Origin: an uncultured Spirochaetales bacterium
Lineage (GTDB): Bacteria; Spirochaetota; Spirochaetia; CAKZLE01
Reading direction: 5' to 3'
Length of the DNA: 40,330 bases
Assembly: GCA_964473495.1 (NCBI GenBank)
Contig: CAYYPJ010000001.1
Location: 1-40,330, forward strand
Shown here: piece after piece, positions 27,618 to 37,036 of the stretch
Layout of the letters: each line of letters begins with the position of its first letter
How positions within the stretch are numbered: position 1 is the stretch's first letter
Notes under the pieces: generated by a model
Database searches by the model: none
What the model saw: the letters and a program-made list of their open reading frames with translations, nothing else
Told to the model about the DNA's origin: nothing
Made by a program: the position numbers and the translations under genes

Positions 27618-28868
27618 CTAAAACAATACATCAAAAAAATTCTTTATTCTACCACCGACTCCTTTGCCAGAGACCGTAGGACGTGTCTTTTGGTAATTAC
27701 CCACTTCATTAGTACTTTGTCTGTTCGCATCGTAGAGCACCATACCGATTGCTGTAGAATAGCGTAGATCACTAAATCCCGTCTCAAACCCGTTGAGTTG
27801 CGTAAAACGAGCTCTCCTTGCCTGTATATCAAAAAGTTCAGTTGCCAATTGGGAAGTTCCCGGAGCCATGGCGCCGCCGCCGGTAAGTACAATCCCCCCT
27901 CCAAAGGTGTGGAGGAGTCCGCGTTTCTCCAAAAGTCCACGAAGCATCGCGAAGATCTCAGCAACTCGCGGCTCTATGATCTTACTTAACTCACGCCTTG
28001 GCATCTTGATTGACGGCAGTCTTCCGGCTTGTGGTATGATTATTGTCTCATGAGGGTCGATTATAGGTTCATAACAGCAGCCAAATTGTGTTTTCACCTC
28101 TTCAACAAGTTGTGGAGGTTGGTTCAGGATGTAGGAAAGATCTGATGTCACTTGATCTCCCCCGATATCGACACCTCCGACATACACTGGAGCCCCATGC
28201 ACAAATCCAATCATGTTGGTCATGCCGGCACCCATATTGATCAAGAGCGTTCCCATCTCCCGTTCTTCTGTGGTGAGAAGAGCCTCTGAATCTGCCAATT
28301 GCTGTAACATACGTCGCTTGACCGTATAGTGTAAGCGTTCAAAACACTTATCCAGGTTCTGCGAAAAGGCTACCGAACCGGTAACTATCATAACTTTCGT
28401 CTCAAGTCGATGACCAACCATGTCTACAGGATCTTTGATCCCGCTTCTTCCGTCTATGCAGAAATCCTGCACGAGCGTATGGAGGATCTCGCGATCAAGG
28501 GGAAGTTCAAAAGCTCTTGCCACTTCCATAGATCTATAGATATCCTCTTTATGGATCTCCTGATCCTTTGAATTGATCCCCACCACACCCTGGGAAAAGA
28601 GCCCTTCTATATGACTACCGGATACACCGGTCACAATCTGCTTTACTTCACTGCCGGTATTGAGTTCCACATCTTCTACGACAGATTTTATAGTTTTCAA
28701 TACAGTCTCGAGGTTTATGACATTCCCGGCTCTGACACCTTCGGATTTTTGTTCACTGTGTGCGGTAAAACGAACACTACCGTCAGGCAGCGGGATCCCT
28801 GCAACGGCACATATCTTTGATGTCCCGATATCCAATCCTAGGATGGTGTTATCTGATACCAAATCCAA
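27618..28868 (-). CDS. ftsA: cell division protein FtsA
   Basis: Actin-fold phosphate-1 motif GLDIGTSKICAV. Length 416 aa. TTG start overlaps the ftsQ end by 20 nt. Confidence 0.9.
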   Translation of the reverse strand: MDLVSDNTILGLDIGTSKICAVAGIPLPDGSVRFTAHSEQKSEGVRAGNVINLETVLKTIKSVVEDVELNTGSEVKQIVTGVSGSHIEGLFSQGVVGINSKDQEIHKEDIYRSMEVARAFELPLDREILHTLVQDFCIDGRSGIKDPVDMVGHRLETKVMIVTGSVAFSQNLDKCFERLHYTVKRRMLQQLADSEALLTTEEREMGTLLINMGAGMTNMIGFVHGAPVYVGGVDIGGDQVTSDLSYILNQPPQLVEEVKTQFGCCYEPIIDPHETIIIPQAGRLPSIKMPRRELSKIIEPRVAEIFAMLRGLLEKRGLLHTFGGGIVLTGGGAMAPGTSQLATELFDIQARRARFTQLNGFETGFSDLRYSTAIGMVLYDANRQSTNEVGNYQKTRPTVSGKGVGGRIKNFFDVLF

Positions 28869-29724
28869 CTCCTTTATCAGCAGTCATTGTATCATGATCA
28901 ATGACTACATATGTATCAAAAACGGAAAATTGCACTATTTTATCTCTACCAGTATCTTCTACCATACTGGATGTAAGACGAATGGCCTGGGCTAAAGCAT
29001 CCGAAGAGATAGGATCAACAATTTCATACTGAAGGATCGTATCTCCTTGAGAAAGACGTAATTTCAATTCACTATGGTTAGTTGTATCGTATTTTATCTC
29101 TGTTAGCAAGTTGTATATTCTCTCTGATCGTGTCTGCAGACCCTGCAGCATCATCAGATAGCAAAAGAAGCGGGGATCAATAGTCAATTCATTCGTTATC
29201 AATCCATCTGTCGTGTCGATTGTACAGACCGGTACATGAGATCCCAATGTTTCTACAAGACTATCGTATCCATCAAAAACAGCTCCTGTATCAGTGATGA
29301 TCATATCAGTGATGATAATCTCATTCCCCTGTTCATCGCTCTTCACTATATAGTTTCCTGCAGAGAGTGTTAACACAGCAATAGGGTCCGTACAGGTAAT
29401 AGTTATATAGACTTTCCCGGGATATGACTTTGAAACCGTCACAGTTTCTATCTCCCCCTCCTGCTGTAACGTAGAAGCTAACTTGGCAGGATCAAGATCA
29501 GCGAAAGAGGACCCATGCAGCTGGTCGATCATCTGCTGTGCTCTATCAGAGAGCGGCAATGCTGTCCCGTTATACTGCAACTCTATGTAGTCTACGTGTT
29601 GTTTTGGGTAGATCATAATATAGAATATCGCCACTCCTGCTCCAGCGAGCAGGAGTAGACCAACCACGAGTATGAGGATGTTGTGTACTGTATGATGATC
29701 CGGTTCATAAGGCGAAGAACGCAT
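28849..29724 (-). CDS. ftsQ: cell division protein FtsQ/DivIB
   Basis: Single N-terminal TM segment, then a POTRA-like segment (VDYIELQYNG...IETVTVSKSYPGKVYITITCTDPIAVL). Sits between ftsW and ftsA. Confidence 0.7.
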   Translation of the reverse strand: MRSSPYEPDHHTVHNILILVVGLLLLAGAGVAIFYIMIYPKQHVDYIELQYNGTALPLSDRAQQMIDQLHGSSFADLDPAKLASTLQQEGEIETVTVSKSYPGKVYITITCTDPIAVLTLSAGNYIVKSDEQGNEIIITDMIITDTGAVFDGYDSLVETLGSHVPVCTIDTTDGLITNELTIDPRFFCYLMMLQGLQTRSERIYNLLTEIKYDTTNHSELKLRLSQGDTILQYEIVDPISSDALAQAIRLTSSMVEDTGRDKIVQFSVFDTYVVIDHDTMTADKGVGFGIR

Positions 29725-29735
29725 ATTGCTCCCTC

Positions 29736-30926
29736 TTATTCGTAATCGATTATATGATGGGTATAGTCCGTATTACTCGTAACCATCCCGTTATCATCAG
29801 GTGCAGAATCTGGATACGCAAGCAGGATCTTAAGTAAGATGCCACACATACCAAGATTCATCAGAAGATTTGACCCGCCTGCTGAGAAGAATGGAAGAGG
29901 GATCCCTGTAGGAGGGATAATACCACTCACAACCCCAAGATTGAGCAATACCTGCCAAATAAGTAGATGAGTGATACCAAAACCGGTAAGATACATAAAT
30001 GTGTCACCACCACGATGTTTTGCAGCCCCTCTATACCCCAAATAGGCAATTACCGCAAAGAGCAGCATAACTAAGATCACTCCCACCAGCCCTGATTCTT
30101 CGGCAAATGATGCAAAGATGAAGTCTGACTGCACCTCCGGGATCTTTCCCAACTTATATATCCCCTGCCCGAACCCTTTCCCCAAGATCCCTCCTGATGC
30201 AATTGCGTTCAATGATACATTCACTTGATAGTTAATTCCTGAAGGGTCAATATCCTTGAAGATGAATCCAAGCACACGTTTAAGCCGGTACTCTTCGGTT
30301 ACCAGGAAAAGTATACCCGGTATACCTGCTAAGCTGCTGTAATAGAACAAATAGGATATTTTCACCTTCGCCACTAACAGCATAGAAAGACTCAAAAAAA
30401 GAAATATCATAGTTGTAGAATAATCACGCTGCAGGATGATCAGCCCCGCTGATATGAAAACCACGGCGATCGGGACTGAAACTGTCCAGAAGTTCTTCAG
30501 GTCTCTTTCCTTGTCACTGAGATAATTCGCCAAATAGAGAATGACAGACACTTTTATCAACTCCGATGGCTGAAAACTCACTGGTCCTATGCGCAGCCAG
30601 CGAGTAGCTCCTAATCGTGTCTCTCCTAGTGGTGTCGTCAGAGTAAGAGCCATAAGAAGAAAGCTGAAAAACAGCAATACCGGTATCAAAGATCTGATCA
30701 AGGTCATTGGTATGATCGTGATGATCAATGCACAGCAAAGACCCATAACGGCAAAGATCAGCTGCCGTTTAAGAAAGTAGTCTGAAGCCTGGCCCATACG
30801 CAGTGCTTTATCGTATGACGCAGAATAGAGAGATATAAGACCTATACCAAGCAGCAGAAATATAAGAAAACAGAAATACCCTGCTTCTTTTGTATATATA
30901 TTCTCCTGCTGTATTGATCGTGACAT
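29736..30926 (-). CDS. ftsW: SEDS-family peptidoglycan glycosyltransferase FtsW
   Basis: Polytopic membrane protein. Motifs PEVQSDFIFASFAEE and GIPLPFFSAGGSNLL. Confidence 0.88.
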   Translation of the reverse strand: MSRSIQQENIYTKEAGYFCFLIFLLLGIGLISLYSASYDKALRMGQASDYFLKRQLIFAVMGLCCALIITIIPMTLIRSLIPVLLFFSFLLMALTLTTPLGETRLGATRWLRIGPVSFQPSELIKVSVILYLANYLSDKERDLKNFWTVSVPIAVVFISAGLIILQRDYSTTMIFLFLSLSMLLVAKVKISYLFYYSSLAGIPGILFLVTEEYRLKRVLGFIFKDIDPSGINYQVNVSLNAIASGGILGKGFGQGIYKLGKIPEVQSDFIFASFAEESGLVGVILVMLLFAVIAYLGYRGAAKHRGGDTFMYLTGFGITHLLIWQVLLNLGVVSGIIPPTGIPLPFFSAGGSNLLMNLGMCGILLKILLAYPDSAPDDNGMVTSNTDYTHHIIDYE

Positions 30927-30944
30927 ACCACACTAACTCCTCAT

Positions 30945-31982
30945 CTATACACGCATAGCTGCTAAGATCCCTAAAAGGGCAAAAAGTATGCTGATAATCC
31001 AAAAACGCTGTACTATTTTCTCTTCACCCCAACCAATCTTTTCAAAATGGTGATGGATTGGCGCCATCTTGAAGACACGTCTATGAGTCAACTTATATGA
31101 TGATACCTGAATAATCACCGAAAGAGCCTCAATGACGAATACACCGCCGATAATGAGCATCACTATCTCATTATGTGTGATGATTCCAATATAGGCAAGA
31201 ACCCCTCCAATCCCCATACTGCCGGTATCACCCATAAAGATTTGAGCCGGCCGTGCATTATACCACAGGAAACCAAGTAGACCTCCAATCATGGCCATAG
31301 AGAAAACGAGCAAGTCGTTTTGTTCATCCATGATGTACAAAACGACGATCTGATGGCCAACTCCGTATGCAGTGAGAAATCCAATGATCACCACCGCTGT
31401 CAAACTTATGATACCTAGACCGGAAGCCATGCCGTCTAAACCATCTGAAAGATTACAGGAATTGGTTATGAAGACGATATAGACGATAGCGAATATATAG
31501 TACCAGTTTCCTAACTTCACAGCACCGGCTTCTTTCCAGGGAATAGAGAGGCTGAGTGGCAAGCTGAAATAGCGGTCTATCACGAACAACAGGATATAAC
31601 TCATCACGACTTGCAGAGCAATCTTATAGCCTGCACTCAGCCCGTCATTAGTTGATCGTAAAATCTTCAGTGCATCATCCCACAACCCGATGAGCCCGAA
31701 ACCAATCAGAGCCAGTAGAGACGTGTTACGTATTGCAGGCTCTTTCAGCCAAATCAGTACTGCTATGCTGATTGCCGCGATGAAGGATACCCCTCCTGCA
31801 GTTGGCGTACCAGCCTTTATCTGGTGGCTTTCAGGGCCGTCTATTCTGATTGCCTGCCCAATATTCTGTTTAAGCTGCAGTTCAATACATATCTTTCCCA
31901 ATACTGCAGATATGGCAAAGGCTGTAAGTCCTGCAACTACAGCCCGTAGTAAAACTGATTGTGAGATTATTGTATTCACCAT
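30945..31982 (-). CDS. mraY: phospho-N-acetylmuramoyl-pentapeptide transferase
   Basis: Motifs NLSDGLDGMASG, MGDTGSMGIGG and APIHHHFE. Confidence 0.93.
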   Translation of the reverse strand: MVNTIISQSVLLRAVVAGLTAFAISAVLGKICIELQLKQNIGQAIRIDGPESHQIKAGTPTAGGVSFIAAISIAVLIWLKEPAIRNTSLLALIGFGLIGLWDDALKILRSTNDGLSAGYKIALQVVMSYILLFVIDRYFSLPLSLSIPWKEAGAVKLGNWYYIFAIVYIVFITNSCNLSDGLDGMASGLGIISLTAVVIIGFLTAYGVGHQIVVLYIMDEQNDLLVFSMAMIGGLLGFLWYNARPAQIFMGDTGSMGIGGVLAYIGIITHNEIVMLIIGGVFVIEALSVIIQVSSYKLTHRRVFKMAPIHHHFEKIGWGEEKIVQRFWIISILFALLGILAAMRV

Positions 31983-32005
31983 CCACCTCGTTATGATATC
32001 ACTTC

Positions 32006-33403
32006 CTATGAGACCAAGCTTAATGGGGTAACCAAACGTTCCATTGCCATAGATCGCGAACCTTTTACCAGAACAAGATCACCACTATGGACATAGGACG
32101 TGACATGTTCCTCAAGTTCTTCATACTCATCGGTGTAGAAGAGATCCTTCCCATAGTTCTGACCTTTCAACAACTTGTATGCGATCTCCATCTCCCTGCC
32201 ATAGAGAAATGTACCCTGAGGTGCCAGCTGTGCGATCTTCTCTCCCATGATCTTGTGTGCACGTCTTTCAGCAAAACCCAACTCTTTTATTGAACCTAAG
32301 ACAACGGCCTTTCTTCCGCTCCAATCTAATGTATTGACATAATCAAGGATACTACTTGCTGATTCAACATTTGAATTATAGCTGTCCTCTATGACGGTAA
32401 CATTACCATGTATTACTCTGCTCCGTCCCTGCATGGGTTGGACGTCTTCAAGACCTGCCTGAATGTGAAACTTTGTTGCACCAAGCTCCTGAGCGATACG
32501 GATAGCAGCAAGTGCATTAAGCAGGTTATGGGTACCAACGTGCTTAAGGTGAATATCTATACCTTCATAGGTAATCTTCCAACCATCAAGTCCCAATGTC
32601 CTCGCCCCGCTGAACCCGGCAGTTGTTTTCATACCGAATGATCCCAGGTTGATATCACGAATCTTTTCTATATAGGGTTTCCATGAGGAATCTTCTAAGA
32701 TATAGCCGCGTTTGATCTGTGAATGAAAGATCCTGCTCTTTTCCCGTATGATAGCTTCTTGAGATCCAAACATACCTATATGTGCAGTTCCGATATTCGT
32801 CATAAGACTTATATTCGGAGAATAGACATCTAACATACGCTGCATCTCGCCATAATGGTTGATTCCCATCTCAAAGACACCAAACTCATGTGATTCATTC
32901 ATGGTAAATACCGATAGCGGCAATCCTATATCAGAGTTATAATTACCAGGATTCTTAACGGTAGGGCCAATGTTCGATAGGATTGATGCCACCATCTCTT
33001 TAGTCGTTGTTTTACCGGAACTTCCCGTGATCGCTACACGAACCAAATCCGGGAATTGTGAAACCCAATAGGCTGCTAATTCACGCAAAGCGGTATAGGT
33101 CTCTTCGACTGCTATCACAGCGACTGAATGGGCATTCGCTTCTAGATATGCTATACGCTGACTCTGCGTGCGATTAATCAGGATGCATACTGCACCGTTT
33201 GATACAGCCTGATCGAGATAGTCATGACCATCAGTACGTTTCCCTGATAGTGCTATGAACAGTGAGCCTTTCTTCACTTCTCTTGAATCAATACATACGT
33301 CTGATATCCACAGTCGCGGTGCTGATCCAAAGAGTATCGTTCCATGAGTGATTGACGCAGCTTTGTCAATTCGGAGTAGTCTCTTTTTAGGTACATCTGC
33401 CAT
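32006..33403 (-). CDS. murF: UDP-MurNAc-tripeptide--D-alanyl-D-alanine ligase
   Basis: Mur ligase P-loop ITGSSGKTTTKEM. Length 465 aa. Sits upstream of mraY. Confidence 0.88.
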   Translation of the reverse strand: MADVPKKRLLRIDKAASITHGTILFGSAPRLWISDVCIDSREVKKGSLFIALSGKRTDGHDYLDQAVSNGAVCILINRTQSQRIAYLEANAHSVAVIAVEETYTALRELAAYWVSQFPDLVRVAITGSSGKTTTKEMVASILSNIGPTVKNPGNYNSDIGLPLSVFTMNESHEFGVFEMGINHYGEMQRMLDVYSPNISLMTNIGTAHIGMFGSQEAIIREKSRIFHSQIKRGYILEDSSWKPYIEKIRDINLGSFGMKTTAGFSGARTLGLDGWKITYEGIDIHLKHVGTHNLLNALAAIRIAQELGATKFHIQAGLEDVQPMQGRSRVIHGNVTVIEDSYNSNVESASSILDYVNTLDWSGRKAVVLGSIKELGFAERRAHKIMGEKIAQLAPQGTFLYGREMEIAYKLLKGQNYGKDLFYTDEYEELEEHVTSYVHSGDLVLVKGSRSMAMERLVTPLSLVS

Positions 33404-33407
33404 GGTG

Positions 33408-33692
33408 TTACCTCTCTTTGATGATTATGACATCATCCTCACTTGCTTTTTCTTCCCCAAACACTTGCTGCGCCTGGTTCACGATTCTATCCGGATTCTG
33501 AAGCATCGTAAGCTCCCCCACGAGCTTACGATTCTTCTCCGATAGATCCTTCATCTTTCGTTCAATTTGAGCAGTTTCAAAGCCGATCTCACGGTATACA
33601 GCTGCTTGATGGACGGGAAAGTAGATTGACAGAGGTAGTGCAATCACAAGAATGATCATAACTATGACTGTATCCTTTCCCCTGATTCTCAT
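33408..33692 (-). CDS. ftsL: FtsL-like small bitopic division protein
   Basis: Short cytoplasmic tail, one TM (VIVMIILVIALPLSIYF), then a coiled-coil segment (IERKMKDLSEKNRKLVGELTML). Lies between rsmH and murF. Start chosen at MRIRGK, 1 nt after the rsmH stop (track start 33737 overlaps rsmH). Confidence 0.6.
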   Translation of the reverse strand: MRIRGKDTVIVMIILVIALPLSIYFPVHQAAVYREIGFETAQIERKMKDLSEKNRKLVGELTMLQNPDRIVNQAQQVFGEEKASEDDVIIIKER

Positions 33693-33693
33693 C

Positions 33694-34644
33694 CTACTGC
33701 TCCATGTGTAACTTCTCTGCACATCTGAATTTTGCACTCCTGGACGGTGCGTTCCCTTGTATCTCCTCCTTTGACGGTATCACTGGTTTCTTAGTCAATA
33801 TCTTGATCGACGGCAGTCTTTCATCATCGGTATCTTGCGCCCTCTCTGGTGAATAGGAGCTTCTCTTGGCCAGTCGCTTAAAGGTATGTTTTACGATTCT
33901 GTCTTCTAATGAATGAAAACTGATAGCCCCTAGCCTGCCTCCCGGTTCAAGTATCTGTACAGCATGTTCAATCGATCGTTCTATTCGATCCAACTCGCCG
34001 TTCACTTCAATTCTCAAGGCTTGAAAGGTTCGTGTTGCAGGATGGATCCTGCCGTAGCGATATTTCTTTGGAACAGCAGAAGTAATGATCCCTGATAGAT
34101 CCTGCGAACTGTAGATCCTTCGTTCTTTTCTGCGTCTACAGACGGCGGAAGCGATCCTACGTGAATAGCGTTCTTCTCCATAGTGATAGATAACGTCTGC
34201 TAAACGCTCTTCAGGATAGGAGTTCACTATATCAGCAGCAGTAAGATTGCCATGAGTATCAAGTCGCATATCAAGTGGTTCATCTTTGCGGAAACTAAAT
34301 CCCCTCTCAGACTCCTCATAATGAAAGGAAGAAATACCTAAGTCAAAAAGTATTACCTGAGGTCGCGGGAAGGTCGTGTCATCATACTCTTCCAAAAAGG
34401 TATCAAACCAAGTATTGACGAGAGTTACTCTATCCCCGAATACTGCTAGACGTTTTTCTGCTTTCTTTTGAATAGATGCATCTCGATCAAGACCAATGAG
34501 CCTAAGCTGTGGATAATGACGAAGGAACATCTCACTATGTCCTCCCTCACCGCAGGTACAATCAATGAATACAGCATCTTTCGCTACTGGACCAAGATAG
34601 TCCAAAGTTTCCTGGCTCATAACGGGGATATGTCGTATTTCCAT
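33694..34644 (-). CDS. rsmH: 16S rRNA (cytosine1402-N4)-methyltransferase
   Basis: Motifs HIPVMSQETL, DCTCGEGGHSE and ISFHSLEDRIVK. Confidence 0.93.
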   Translation of the reverse strand: MEIRHIPVMSQETLDYLGPVAKDAVFIDCTCGEGGHSEMFLRHYPQLRLIGLDRDASIQKKAEKRLAVFGDRVTLVNTWFDTFLEEYDDTTFPRPQVILFDLGISSFHYEESERGFSFRKDEPLDMRLDTHGNLTAADIVNSYPEERLADVIYHYGEERYSRRIASAVCRRRKERRIYSSQDLSGIITSAVPKKYRYGRIHPATRTFQALRIEVNGELDRIERSIEHAVQILEPGGRLGAISFHSLEDRIVKHTFKRLAKRSSYSPERAQDTDDERLPSIKILTKKPVIPSKEEIQGNAPSRSAKFRCAEKLHMEQ

Positions 34645-34655
34645 ACTCTCTCCCT

Positions 34656-35120
34656 CTATTCCTTTCTGCTTGCAGCAAACAAGGTCTCGCTTAATGACTG
34701 AGATGCTTTTACAAAAGCTTTTTCGCTCTCTTCAACGTAAGTTGTATACTCATCCACATTCCACAACTCCAGGAATGTATTGATCCCTAGTATCACTGCT
34801 TCTTTCTTGACTTCCAGCCCAATAGCTTTTCGTAATGTCGGAGGAATATGTATTCTCCCGGATTTGTCGATTTCACACTCTTGGGCAGGTGCTATGATAC
34901 GTCGCTGCAAGAGACGTGTCCTTGCATCAAACATCGCACCAGGACCTCCCATGATCTTTTCAGAGAAAGATCTCCACTTCTCCGGAAGCATCAGCCACAG
35001 ACAACGTTCAACTCCTCTGGTCACATAGAGGGAATTTCCTGCAAGTGAATTGCGTAATCTAGAAGGAATTAAGATACGTCCCTTCTCATCAATCATGTTA
35101 CGAAACTCTCCACTTAACAT
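34656..35120 (-). CDS. mraZ: transcriptional regulator MraZ
   Basis: Two SpoVT/AbrB-like repeats with DxxxR motifs: IDEKGRILIPSRLR and IDKSGRIHIPPTLR. Start at MLSGEF (ATG 35120) gives the typical ~154 aa. The track start at 35183 would run through the operator repeats. Confidence 0.9.
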   Translation of the reverse strand: MLSGEFRNMIDEKGRILIPSRLRNSLAGNSLYVTRGVERCLWLMLPEKWRSFSEKIMGGPGAMFDARTRLLQRRIIAPAQECEIDKSGRIHIPPTLRKAIGLEVKKEAVILGINTFLELWNVDEYTTYVEESEKAFVKASQSLSETLFAASRKE

Positions 35121-35160
35121 AAAACTTCCACCATTCTCCCCTTTTGGTGGTAATAACTGA

Positions 35161-35204
35161 CACTTATTACCACTTATTACCACTTATCATGATAACTTAT
35201 CCAC
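35161..35204 (-). promoter_or_regulatory. MraZ-box operator: 10-bp-periodic GTGG direct repeats
   Basis: The minus strand reads GTGGATAAGT TATCATGATAA GTGGTAATAA GTGGTAATAA GTGtcag. On the plus strand this is three tandem cacttatNNN units at 35161-35190, plus ccac at 35201-35204. Confidence 0.6.
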
Positions 35205-35216
35205 ATCTGAAGTCAA
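35189..35216 (-). promoter_or_regulatory. candidate Pmra promoter of the dcw cluster
   Basis: Minus strand: TTGACT (35216-35211), 16-nt spacer, TATCAT (35194-35189). Interleaved with the GTGG repeats. Confidence 0.45.
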
Positions 35217-35404
35217 GCTGAGTAAAAAGTCTTTCTTCAGTAATATACGAGATGAGATGAGACAACACTTAACATAAGTTTAGCTTATAGTGAAAGAAGG
35301 GCAGAGTATGGGGAGGAGTACCGATAAGGATCTCCTAATGTGTGATAATCAGGTCTCGCTTACAGTGGCATCTCTGCTTCACTACACGAATACTAGCAGC
35401 ATAC

Positions 35405-35442
35405 AGAAACGTCCATTGGGGATATTCCCAATGGACGTTTCT
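35405..35442. terminator. strong hairpin after the GH57 branching-enzyme gene
   Basis: Perfect 16-bp IR: agaaacgtccattggg (35405-35420) / cccaatggacgtttct (35427-35442), with a 6-nt loop. An A-run lies on one side and a T-run on the other. Starts 5 nt beyond the minus-strand stop at 35447. Confidence 0.7.
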
Positions 35443-35446
35443 TTTA

Positions 35447-37036
35447 TTAGAAATCACCGCCGAACACACGGTAATCAATATCTGGAAAAATATTTGTCTT
35501 CTTTTCTGTTCTCGTAAGCCATTCGGTATTCACTGAGTTTCTACACATATTCTCATATACAAGGTTGAAATTATGAATATGCTCCTTCATCCTTCGCTCT
35601 GCATATGAAACACCTGTACCATTGCTGATAATGAATGGCCAGTCGGAAGCCATCGAAAGCAGTACTTCTCGTGCCGCATGTTGGAGAAATCGCTCTTTCA
35701 ACGAGGTTTCATCGGGAAATCGACCGACAAGTTCTATCATACGCTTGATAGAGGTATGGACATGTCGATATATCCAATCATTCGACCCATCAACCCAGAC
35801 TGAAGAATAGCCCTTATTCCCCCAACTTGAAAGTGCAGGATGAATCACTTGATTCCTGGGATATCGCCGCAGATATTCTTCGGCATTCATCATGGATACA
35901 TCATTATCTACAGCCACTCCGCGGATAACCTCTTCCAACCAGGCAACTCCTTCGAACCACCAGTGACCAAACAACTCAGCATCGAAAGGAAGCGTAAAAT
36001 AGGGCTCTCTATCGATAAGCCTGCTAACACTTTTCGTCTTTTTCCGTACAGCGTAGATAAAGTTCCCCGCATGTTCTTTTACCCGGCTGAATGCCTGCTC
36101 AGGATCATACATCTTTTTCTCAGAGCTCTCGGTATCAGTTACAGCCCAATATTTATACCCGGTAAAGCATCGTACATCAGGTTCATGAATATAAGGTCTT
36201 ATATAGTCTATATCCAGATCATATCCGATATCCCTATAGAAGTCTCTATAGACATCATCAGTAGGATATCCATGATCTTCCGACCAAACCAACTGTGATA
36301 GACCATAATCACGAGCAAAGATATGAACACCATTATCGCACGATGCAGGAGCGAACACCCCTCGTTCTGCTTTTTCTTCTGCAAGATTGATACTATGTGT
36401 CTCCGCATAGAAATACTCCACATTATTCTGTTGAAGAAGTTTCTCTAATCCGGGATAGTATCCGCATTCAGGCAGCCAGAATCCCTTTGGTTTCTTTCTC
36501 AATTGCGCGACATGTGACATCATAGCCAATTCAATCTGGGCTTTCACCGCTTGGGGATATTCTTTGAATAGGGGTAGAACTGCATGGGTAGCTGCCGTTG
36601 TGATGAGAATCACATGCCCGCTATCTTCCAAACTTCTAGCCCCTTGTAAGATATTCCCACGGTATATTCCTTGAAAATCCTCCAGATTCTGCTTATAGAA
36701 CGCTAAATACATACCGGCAAGATTATGTTCCTTAGGAGATTCTTTCGTTCGTTCCAGTTCTTTCTCACCAAGTTCGATCAATCTGTTGACATGATCCACA
36801 TAGCGTTCCTGTAGAAGTTTATCAGTCAGCATTGCACATAACGTAGGTGATAACGATATGGTGATTTGATAGGGGACCCCTTCTCTCCTCAATTTATGGA
36901 ATACACGCAACAATGGAAGATAGGTCTCCGAGATTGCCTCAAAAAGCCAGTTCTCCTCTAAGAACTTAGGGTACTCAGGATGGCGTACAAAGGGAAGATG
37001 TGCATGCAAGACGATTCCAACAAGTCCCGAACTCAT
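35447..37036 (-). CDS. GH57-family 1,4-alpha-glucan branching enzyme
   Basis: N-terminal HAHLPFV, nucleophile motif FWLPECGY, and acid/base motif DAELFGHWWFEG. Length 529 aa, typical of GH57 branching enzymes. Confidence 0.8.
   Translation of the reverse strand: MSSGLVGIVLHAHLPFVRHPEYPKFLEENWLFEAISETYLPLLRVFHKLRREGVPYQITISLSPTLCAMLTDKLLQERYVDHVNRLIELGEKELERTKESPKEHNLAGMYLAFYKQNLEDFQGIYRGNILQGARSLEDSGHVILITTAATHAVLPLFKEYPQAVKAQIELAMMSHVAQLRKKPKGFWLPECGYYPGLEKLLQQNNVEYFYAETHSINLAEEKAERGVFAPASCDNGVHIFARDYGLSQLVWSEDHGYPTDDVYRDFYRDIGYDLDIDYIRPYIHEPDVRCFTGYKYWAVTDTESSEKKMYDPEQAFSRVKEHAGNFIYAVRKKTKSVSRLIDREPYFTLPFDAELFGHWWFEGVAWLEEVIRGVAVDNDVSMMNAEEYLRRYPRNQVIHPALSSWGNKGYSSVWVDGSNDWIYRHVHTSIKRMIELVGRFPDETSLKERFLQHAAREVLLSMASDWPFIISNGTGVSYAERRMKEHIHNFNLVYENMCRNSVNTEWLTRTEKKTNIFPDIDYRVFGGDF

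Noticed and set aside
27644-27964. 106-aa minus-strand ORF in another frame within ftsA
   Set aside because: It overlaps the 3' part of a well-supported ftsA in a different frame, with no independent start signals.
35290-35536. 75-aa and 64-aa plus-strand ORFs in the mraZ/GH57 spacer
   Set aside because: They run through the 16-bp terminator hairpin and into the GH57 gene on the opposite strand. They have no SD and no recognisable protein features.
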